Part shown: in pieces, positions 57,712 to 64,000 of the stretch
Layout: each line of letters opens with the position of its first letter
Position numbering within the stretch: the stretch's first letter is position 1
Source of the DNA: Candidatus Sumerlaeia bacterium
Lineage (GTDB): Bacteria > Sumerlaeota > Sumerlaeia > MVZB01
Assembly: GCA_039683515.1 (NCBI GenBank)
Contig: JBDKRG010000011.1
Span: forward strand, 14,328-78,327
Length of the DNA stretch: 64,000 nucleotides
Direction: 5' to 3'
Notes under the pieces: generated by a model
What the model was told of the DNA's origin: nothing
Database searches by the model: none
What the model saw: the letters and a program-made list of their open reading frames with translations, nothing else
Translations under genes and position numbers: made by a program

Positions 57712-58107
57712 TCACTGTACGGCTTGCAACGAATCGGACGGATACATTGCCAGGTCGAGGGCATGTTTGATTTCGCACGGCGTCGCCGTCTTGCTGATCA
57801 GGTCCACGACCCCTTCGTTCAGGTAGTCGACCCACGTCCTCAGGTTCGGCATGTCCGACATGACGATCAGCTGGCTTTGGCGGCGATGGTCGCGCAGCCA
57901 TTCCAGGCAACACTTGGGCCGGCTGTTGAGGAGATCCTCGTCGAGCATGACGATGTCGAACGGCTCGGTTTCCAACAGGCCCTGGGCCCCTTCCCACGAT
58001 TGCGCCCACTGGGCCTTGAGGCCGAAATGCCGGATCACATCGCTCATGCCGCGATACGTCGGGTAGTCGTTCACGATCAAGAGCGCTGATAATCTTTTAT
58101 TTGCCAT
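57712..58107 (-). CDS. Single-domain response regulator (CheY-like receiver)
   Basis: The acidic pocket is in LIVNDYP. The phospho-acceptor is in DIVMLDEDL. The T/S is in LIVMSD and the K in DLISKTATP. Confidence 0.8.
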   Translation of the reverse strand: MANKRLSALLIVNDYPTYRGMSDVIRHFGLKAQWAQSWEGAQGLLETEPFDIVMLDEDLLNSRPKCCLEWLRDHRRQSQLIVMSDMPNLRTWVDYLNEGVVDLISKTATPCEIKHALDLAMYPSDSLQAVQ

Positions 58108-58245
58108 TTAACCTGTTCTCCCCGCCGACAGCCGTCCATCGTTTGTCCGAGCTGATACCACCGAGTCTCCACAAACCCCGTTCGAAGCGCTATCGGGGCA
58201 AGTCCTATTTTCCGGTCGGGGTTGAAACTATTTCATGGCTGATCC

Positions 58246-59460
58246 ATGATGGCTGCCTGGACGCGAACCCGACCGAATCCGGAACCGAGGAAATTCATGC
58301 GCGGACCGAATCACGAGAGTTTTCCGCGAACGCGGGCGCAACTCGAAGAGATCGAGGATTTCACCCTTGCCCCGTACGCGATCCGCGCCGGCCGCAGCCA
58401 CGGCCGCGACGTCGAGGAGCAGCCGGCCGCCATGCGCACCGAATTCCAGCGCGACCGCGACCGCATCCTGCACTGCGCCGCGTTCCGCCGGCTCGAATAC
58501 AAGACCCAGGTCTTCGTCACGCACGAGGGGGACTACTTCCGCACGCGCCTGACCCACACGCTCGAAGTGGCGCAGATCGCCCGCAGCATCGCGCGCACCC
58601 TCGGGCTGAATTCGGATCTGATCGAGGCCATTTCGCTTGCCCACGACCTCGGACACACGCCGTTCGGCCACACCGGCGAGTCGGTCCTGAACGAGCTTCT
58701 CGCCGGCGAAGGGGGCTTCGAGCACAACGCCCAGAGCCTGCGCGTCGTCGAGGTCCTCGAGGAGCGATTCTGCGACAGGCCCGGCCTCAACCTGACGTGG
58801 GAAGTGCGCGAGGGGATCGCCCGCCACTCCAAATCCAACACGCCGGCCGTCACGCGATACGTCAACGGCAACCAGCCCTCGCTCGAGGCGCAGGTCGCCG
58901 ACCTCGCCGACGAGATCGCCTACAACCACCACGACCTCGACGACGCGCTCGGGATGGGGCTCCTCCCCGTCGATGCGCTGCGCGACGTCGGCTGGCTGTG
59001 GGAGATCTGGCGGACCGAGGCCGAGCGCTTCCCGGATTCCAGCCCGCGCCACCGCCAGAACCGGTTCCTCGGCGCGCTGATCGAAACCATGATCGACGAC
59101 ACGATCGAGGCGACCGCCGACGAGCTCAACCGAAACGGGATCGACTCGCCCGAGGCGGTGCTGGCGTTCCCCAGGCGGCTCGCGGTCTTCAGCCCGGCCG
59201 TGCGCGTTCATCAGGACGGCCTGCGCAAGTTCCTGCTCGAGCGCGTCTACCACCACCCCAGGACGCTCAAGATGCAGTACAAGGCGGCCGGGTTCTTCAA
59301 GAAGCTGTTCGAGCTCTACCGCGAGCAGCCCGACCTGCTCCCCGTCGAATGCCAGGCCATGATCGGGAAATGGGGGCTCATGCGCGTCCTGACCGATTAC
59401 CTCTCGGGGATGACCGACCGGATGTGCATGGAGCAGTATAAGGAACATTTTGAATCGTAA
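58246..59460 (+). CDS. dGTPase-family HD-domain phosphohydrolase
   Basis: RDRDRILHCAAFRRLEYKTQVF...THTLEVAQIARSIA...HDLGHTPFGH. The probable start is the internal MRGPNHESF. Confidence 0.9.
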   Translation: MMAAWTRTRPNPEPRKFMRGPNHESFPRTRAQLEEIEDFTLAPYAIRAGRSHGRDVEEQPAAMRTEFQRDRDRILHCAAFRRLEYKTQVFVTHEGDYFRTRLTHTLEVAQIARSIARTLGLNSDLIEAISLAHDLGHTPFGHTGESVLNELLAGEGGFEHNAQSLRVVEVLEERFCDRPGLNLTWEVREGIARHSKSNTPAVTRYVNGNQPSLEAQVADLADEIAYNHHDLDDALGMGLLPVDALRDVGWLWEIWRTEAERFPDSSPRHRQNRFLGALIETMIDDTIEATADELNRNGIDSPEAVLAFPRRLAVFSPAVRVHQDGLRKFLLERVYHHPRTLKMQYKAAGFFKKLFELYREQPDLLPVECQAMIGKWGLMRVLTDYLSGMTDRMCMEQYKEHFES

Positions 59461-59550
59461 TCGGTTAGAATCGGAAAGAATCGGCCGGAAATTCGAACCA
59501 AAAATTGAGGAAAAAGAAAAAACCAAATTAAGATAATGATTCAAAAGGAG
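59461..59550 (+). repeat. Copy G of the AT-rich intergenic element, spanning from the dGTPase stop to the SD of the CE7 esterase gene
   Basis: tcggttagaatcggaaagaatcggccggaaattcgaaccaaaaattgaggaaaaagaaaaaaccaaattaagataatgattcaaaaggag. Confidence 0.7.
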
Positions 59551-59558
59551 CGCGTTGG

Positions 59559-60869
59559 ATGATCGCCGAAACGACCAGGCTCGCCCGAAATGCCGCGCTG
59601 ATTTGCCTGCTCATGTTCGTGCTCGCGGCGGCCCACGCGGCCCCGCCGATCGACGTCAACGTCGACAAGAGCGACGGCGTCTACAAATGCGGCGAGAAGG
59701 CGGTCTTTACGGTCAGGCCCACGGCGGCGCTGCCGACGGATGGCCTCCGCGTCCGCTACGTTTTCATCCGCGACGGGATCACCACCGAAAGCGCCGGCCG
59801 GTTCACGATCCAATCCGAGCCGGTCGCGTTCGAGCGCACGATGTTCGGCCCCGGCCAGCTGATGGTCCGGCTGCGCTGGGACGGCCCGACGACCGGCACC
59901 GTCATGGCCGGCGCGATCTTCAGCCCTTACAAGATCATGCCGTCCATGGACGAGCCGGCCGACTTCGACGCCTTCTGGGCCAGGCAAAAAGCCACGCTCG
60001 CCGGCGACTACACGGCCGAGATCGTCCCCGCGCAGTCCGTCCAGCCCGGCTATGAAGTCTTCCACGTGAAGATCCCGATGCCCGACGGGCCGCCGGTGCA
60101 GGGCTACATGACCAGGCCGGTTGGCGCGGCCCCGCGCAGCCTCGGCGCGATCGCCTTCACGCACGGCGCCTACATGCCGCCGCGCTCCTCGAACGTCATG
60201 CCCGGCCGCCCCGGGATGATCGTCTTCGACTTCAACGCCCACGGCCACGCCGACGGCATGCCGGCGGATTTCTACAGGAGGCTCGGCCGCAACGAGCTGC
60301 GCCAATACTGGCTGCGCGGCTGGGAAAGCCGCGACACGGTCTACTTCCTGCGCATGTACAAGCGCCTGATGCGCGCGATCGATTTCCTGACGCGCCGGCC
60401 CGAGTGGGACGGCAAAACCCTTGCCGTTTTCGGCGGCAGCCAGGGGGGCGCGCAGGCGATCGCCGCCGCCGGGCTCGACCCGCGCGTCAGCGTCATCGTC
60501 GCCGGGATCCCGGCCATGTGCGACCTGACCGGCTACGCCGCCGGCCGCGTCGACGGCTGGCCGCACGTCATCAAGCTCGGCGCCGGCGGCAGGCCGCTGC
60601 ATCCCGACTACGTCGAGACGGCCCGCTATTTCGACAGCGTGAATTTCGCCCGGCGCATCAAGTGCCCGTCGTTCTTCGCCACGGGCCTGATCGACCTCAC
60701 CTGCCCGCCGTGCACGGTCATGGCCGCCTACAACGCCCTCGGCTCGAAGGACAAGCAGATCCTGATCATGCCCAAAAAAGCGCACGAATTCTCGACGGAT
60801 TTGGCGCAGAGAAAAATCGGCGAAGATTTTATCAAGCGAGTCATTCGGGAACAGAACGAATCCAAGTAA
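59559..60869 (+). CDS. Secreted acetyl-xylan esterase/cephalosporin-C deacetylase family (CE7) hydrolase
   Basis: Signal peptide, the GxSQG nucleophile motif (VFGGSQGG), and a C-terminal His region. Confidence 0.8.
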   Translation: MIAETTRLARNAALICLLMFVLAAAHAAPPIDVNVDKSDGVYKCGEKAVFTVRPTAALPTDGLRVRYVFIRDGITTESAGRFTIQSEPVAFERTMFGPGQLMVRLRWDGPTTGTVMAGAIFSPYKIMPSMDEPADFDAFWARQKATLAGDYTAEIVPAQSVQPGYEVFHVKIPMPDGPPVQGYMTRPVGAAPRSLGAIAFTHGAYMPPRSSNVMPGRPGMIVFDFNAHGHADGMPADFYRRLGRNELRQYWLRGWESRDTVYFLRMYKRLMRAIDFLTRRPEWDGKTLAVFGGSQGGAQAIAAAGLDPRVSVIVAGIPAMCDLTGYAAGRVDGWPHVIKLGAGGRPLHPDYVETARYFDSVNFARRIKCPSFFATGLIDLTCPPCTVMAAYNALGSKDKQILIMPKKAHEFSTDLAQRKIGEDFIKRVIREQNESK

Positions 60870-61006
60870 TAAACCAGTCGCAAAGACGCAAAGGCGCCAG
60901 AAACATCAAATTTTAATTCTGGATTCTTCTTTGCGGATTGGCGGCTTTGAGTGTGATCCGATTTGGAATCGATCTCTCTGCGGCCTCTGCGGTTCGATTC
61001 TCCGGA

Positions 61007-62821
61007 TTAATCCAGTTCGAACTGCGCGCGGTATTCCTCGGCGCCGGCCATGGGGGGCTGGTCTTTCTTGAGCAGGACATGGTGGCCCAGCACCAGCGCG
61101 TCCATGTGCGTCAGCATGAAGCAGCGGTAGGCTTCCTCGGGCCGGCAGACGATCGGCTCGCCGCGGATGTTGAAGCTGGTGTTGATGATCACCGGGCAGC
61201 CGGTCTTGGCCTCGAACTGTTTCATGACGTCGTAGAGGAGGCCGTGGCGCTCGCGGTCGACGGTCTGGACGCGCGCCGAATAGTCGACGTGCGTGATGGC
61301 CGGGACGTCCGAGCGGACTTCCTTGACGCGGTCGAGGCCCGTTTTGTGGCCTTCGTCGCCGCGGCGATGCCCGGGGCGGACCGGGGCGACGAGAAGCATG
61401 TAGGGGCTCTCGCGGTCGATCTCGAACCAGTCGCTCGCGCGTTCTTTCAGAACGCACGGGGCGAACGGGCGGAACGATTCGCGGAACTTGATCTTGAGGT
61501 TCATCGTCGACTGCATGCTGGTCGAGCGGGCGTCCCCCAAAATCGAGCGGCTGCCGAGGGCGCGCGGGCCGAACTCCATGCGGCCCTGCACCCAGCCGAC
61601 GACGTTCTCGGAGGCGATCAAGTCGGAGACGACCGAGGCCAGTTCCTCGTCGCTGTAGGTCGTGCATTTGGCGCCGAAAGGCTCAAGCAGCTTTTTGATC
61701 TCGTCGTCGCTGAACTCGGGCCCCAGCCGCGAGCCGTGCATCGAGTCGCCGGGGTTGGCGGTGCGCGGATTGCCGAAGAAATTGTGCCAGACGTCGAGCG
61801 CCGCGCCGAGCGCGCCGCCCGCGTCGCCGGCCGCGGGCTGGATCCAGAAGCCGTCGACGATCCCCGAGCGGAGGATCTCGCCGTTGCCGACGCAGTTCAG
61901 GGCGACGCCGCCGGCCATGCACAGGTTCTTGCTGCCGGCGCGCTCGCAGGCGCGGCGGGCAAGCTTGAGCATGATCTCCTCGGTGACGACCTGGACCGAG
62001 GCGGCCATGTCCATCTCGCGCTTGCCGATCGGGGTCTCGGGCGTGCGCGCGGGACCGCCGAACAGCTCGGCGAACGGCCGGCTCGTCATCGTCAGGCCGC
62101 GCGTGAAATGGAAATAATCCATGTTGAGCTTGAACGAGCCGTCGGCGGCGACGCTGATCAGCTTGTCGCGGATCAGGCCGGCGTAGACCGGCTCGCCGAA
62201 CGGGGCGAGGCCCATGAGCTTGTATTCGCCGCTATTGACCTTGAACCCGCAGAAGTAGGTAAAGGCCGAGTAGAGCATGCCGATCGAGTGCGGGAAATGG
62301 ATCTCCTCGAGGATCTGGATCTGGTTGCCGGAGCCCTTGGCGAGCGTCGTGGTCGCCCACTCGCCCACCCCGTCGATGGTGAGGATGGCGGCGTCTTCGA
62401 AGGGGGACGGATAAAAGGCGCTGGCGGCGTGCGAGCGGTGGTGCTCGGTGAAGAGGATCTTGCCCTTGAAGTCGGGGCCCATCTCGTCGCGCATCGTGCG
62501 GCGGATCTGGAGGCGGTCGCGGCTCCACAGCGAGATGGCGCGGAAATACTGGCCGATGCCGTGGGGGGCCATCGCCAGCAGGGTCTCGAGGATCCGGTCG
62601 AGCTTGATGAACGGCTTTTCGTAGAAGACGATCGCGTCGACCTGGCCGCAGTCGAGCCCGGCTTCATCCAGGACGTATTGGATCGCGCCCTTGGGCCAGC
62701 GTTCGTCGTGCTTGCGGCGGCTGAAGCGTTCCTCCTGGGCGGCGGCGACGATCTCGCCGTCGCGCACGAGCGCGGCGGCCGAATCGTGATACAAAGCCGA
62801 AATTCCCAGGATGGACGTCAT
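61007..62821 (-). CDS. Carbamoyltransferase (NodU/CmcH family)
   Basis: The N-terminus ILGISALYHDSAAALVRDGEIVAAAQEERFSRRKHD and the 604-aa length are typical. Confidence 0.9.
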   Translation of the reverse strand: MTSILGISALYHDSAAALVRDGEIVAAAQEERFSRRKHDERWPKGAIQYVLDEAGLDCGQVDAIVFYEKPFIKLDRILETLLAMAPHGIGQYFRAISLWSRDRLQIRRTMRDEMGPDFKGKILFTEHHRSHAASAFYPSPFEDAAILTIDGVGEWATTTLAKGSGNQIQILEEIHFPHSIGMLYSAFTYFCGFKVNSGEYKLMGLAPFGEPVYAGLIRDKLISVAADGSFKLNMDYFHFTRGLTMTSRPFAELFGGPARTPETPIGKREMDMAASVQVVTEEIMLKLARRACERAGSKNLCMAGGVALNCVGNGEILRSGIVDGFWIQPAAGDAGGALGAALDVWHNFFGNPRTANPGDSMHGSRLGPEFSDDEIKKLLEPFGAKCTTYSDEELASVVSDLIASENVVGWVQGRMEFGPRALGSRSILGDARSTSMQSTMNLKIKFRESFRPFAPCVLKERASDWFEIDRESPYMLLVAPVRPGHRRGDEGHKTGLDRVKEVRSDVPAITHVDYSARVQTVDRERHGLLYDVMKQFEAKTGCPVIINTSFNIRGEPIVCRPEEAYRCFMLTHMDALVLGHHVLLKKDQPPMAGAEEYRAQFELD

Positions 62822-62830
62822 GAAACAACC

Positions 62831-63046
62831 TTAGAATAATGGATACAGAACCGCCATCAGCGACCCATATTGGACCATCAACACGGCCATGAGGCTCAGC
62901 ACGACGATCAGCACGATCATCGGGATGAGCCACCATTTCTTGTTTTCGCGCAGGAACCAGACGAATTCCACGGCGAGCGAAACATCCTCCGGATCGTCCG
63001 CCCCCTGCTCAACCGCGGCCGCGGATTGTTCCTGGCGCATGCTCAT
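62831..63046 (-). CDS. DUF5989/SxtK-like small membrane protein (71 aa), paralogue 1
   Basis: EFVWFLRENKKWWLIPMIVLIVVLSLMAVL...VLYPLF. Single transmembrane helix. Confidence 0.7.
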   Translation of the reverse strand: MSMRQEQSAAAVEQGADDPEDVSLAVEFVWFLRENKKWWLIPMIVLIVVLSLMAVLMVQYGSLMAVLYPLF

Positions 63047-63050
63047 CCTC

Positions 63051-63278
63051 CTACAGCACCGGGTAGATGAACGGCATCAGCGGGCCGAGGTGGATCGTGA
63101 GGAACGCAAGGAGGCCCAGGACGACGACCAGCACGATCAGCGGGATCAGCCACCACTTCTTGTTTTCCTTGAGGAACCAGACGAACTCGGTGACCAGAGA
63201 GGGGTTTTCGTTTTCATCCGGTTCGGTCGGATTGGTGGGATTCATGGTGGGTTGATCGGCCATGGTAACGCGCCTCAT
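63051..63278 (-). CDS. DUF5989/SxtK-like small membrane protein (75 aa), paralogue 2
   Basis: EFVWFLKENKKWWLIPLIVLVVVLGLLAFL...FIYPVL. Tandem paralogue of the preceding gene. Confidence 0.7.
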   Translation of the reverse strand: MRRVTMADQPTMNPTNPTEPDENENPSLVTEFVWFLKENKKWWLIPLIVLVVVLGLLAFLTIHLGPLMPFIYPVL

Positions 63279-63334
63279 CGGGTTTGGTGCCTCGCGCCGG
63301 AGGCTGGATTTACCATACAGGAGAATCGGGGATG

Positions 63335-63450
63335 ATGAAAGACGAATTGAATGATGAATGATGAGTGATGAGTGATGAAAGATGAAAGGAAAACCGAATC
63401 GGGCGGTTGGCGATCCGGGCCTTTTTCATCATTCATCACTCATCATTCAT
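63335..63450. repeat. GAATGATGA-family inverted repeat in the divergent intergenic region between the sxtK-like operon and the PP2C gene
   Basis: gatgaatgatgagtgatgagtgatgaaagatgaaagg ... cgggcggttggcgatccgggcctttt ... tcatcattcatcactcatcattcatcattcc. Confidence 0.6.
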
Positions 63451-63516
63451 CATTCCTCCTCATTCTCATTTCAAGGTTGCCGATCGTGGCCCACTATGTT
63501 GTAATCTTTACCGACA

Positions 63517-64000
63517 ATGCAGGCCCTCGCGGCGTGGTACATAGGCCTGGAGCCCTATTGGAATTGGGTTTTTGTGAGCGATCTCGCCAACCATCGAACG
63601 ACTCCCCGAATTCAGCTGGCAGCGCACGGCATCACTGATTGCGGCCGGAAACGCCCGCATAATGAAGACAGCATCCTCGTGGCCGAGGAACTGAGGCTGT
63701 TCCTGGTGGCCGACGGGATGGGTGGGCACGCCGCCGGCGAAGTCGCCAGCCGCACCGCCGTCGAGTCGGTCAAGGAATTCATCGCGCAGGCCCAGCGCGA
63801 CCACGATTTCACGTGGCCGTTCGGCATGGACGAGCAGTACAGCATGTCCGAGAACATGCTGCTGACGGGTTTCTTCATCGCCAACCGGCGGGTCGGGCGC
63901 ATGGCCGAGGAAAACGCCCATTACGCCGGGATGGGGACGACGATGGCGGCGATCTACGCCCCCGACCATCAGATCCACATCGCCCACGTCGGCGACTCGC
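63517..64000 (+). CDS. PP2C-family Ser/Thr protein phosphatase (5' portion; continues beyond the window)
   Basis: Manual translation gives MQALAAWYIGLEPYWNWVFVSDLANHRTTPRIQLAAHGITDCGRKRPHNEDSILVAEELRLFLVADGMGGHAAGEVAS... (PP2C motifs 1-2). Not in the track because there is no stop in the window. Confidence 0.8.
   Translation, partial: MQALAAWYIGLEPYWNWVFVSDLANHRTTPRIQLAAHGITDCGRKRPHNEDSILVAEELRLFLVADGMGGHAAGEVASRTAVESVKEFIAQAQRDHDFTWPFGMDEQYSMSENMLLTGFFIANRRVGRMAEENAHYAGMGTTMAAIYAPDHQIHIAHVGDS

Noticed and set aside
62831-63278. The two small ORFs as chance ORFs.
   Set aside because: Rejected in favour of real genes. They are mutually similar paralogues with a conserved transmembrane core, proper spacing, and the same strand as the downstream carbamoyltransferase.

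Overview
This is a high-GC (about 65-70 %) bacterial chromosomal segment. The outer-membrane-related genes (an RND pump with its adaptor, Dpp permeases, a YfgM-like protein) suggest a Gram-negative organism from an uncultured or poorly described lineage. Coding density is high, and I found no transposase, integrase, cas or phage genes. Most ORFs in the supplied track are arginine-rich out-of-frame shadows typical of high-GC DNA. The real genes are a mix of housekeeping and accessory functions.

Recognisable genes, in order along the window: recJ, a YedK-type abasic-site peptidase, a TPR-containing Ser/Thr kinase, queC-queF-nadD, dppBC permeases, a GDSL hydrolase, a nitrilase, a YVTN beta-propeller protein, hflX, an MFS transporter, a GNAT acetyltransferase, mgtC, a GT39 glycosyltransferase with a translationally coupled secreted protein, an aldo/keto reductase, an RND pump with its membrane-fusion protein, a serpin-like protein, a LOG-family protein, a SAM methyltransferase, a GT4 glycosyltransferase, tRNA-Leu(UAA), holB, ribE, a YfgM-like TPR protein, a SpoIID/LytB protein, a 1000-aa secreted Ca-binding-motif protein, coaX, yicC, an AI-2E transporter, an IclR-regulated RraA-like/aminotransferase/M20-peptidase cluster, a GHL10 protein, a DUF2851 protein, an orphan radical SAM/SPASM enzyme, a stand-alone response regulator, a dGTPase, a CE7 esterase, a carbamoyltransferase preceded by two tandem DUF5989/SxtK-like mini-proteins, and a PP2C phosphatase.

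The most unusual content is non-coding. Nearly every intergenic region carries members of recurring low-GC repeat families. One is an approximately 70-90 nt AT-rich element, present in nine copies, that abuts stop and start codons. Another is a 129-nt MITE-like hairpin with perfect 30-bp arms. A third is an approximately 95-bp hairpin unit present as a 3x tandem plus a solo copy. Many hairpins are assembled from tandem 7-10-nt motifs arranged as inverted pairs (GAATGATGA, GAGATGAGA, CGATTACGA/GCACGAG, ACGCCAAG, CACGAAA, GAATGGACC, ATGGGACCG).

Two heptanucleotide repeats fall in functionally sensitive positions. CCGCAAT x4 lies in the 5' coding region of the GT4 glycosyltransferase, and GAGTCCT x4 lies inside the GT39 gene. 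Six related GAGTCCT/GGGTCCT units sit directly upstream of the AI-2E transporter start codon. These are strong candidates for slipped-strand phase variation.

Coordinates that I derived by reading the printed sequence may be off by 1-2 nt; gene coordinates follow the supplied ORF track.
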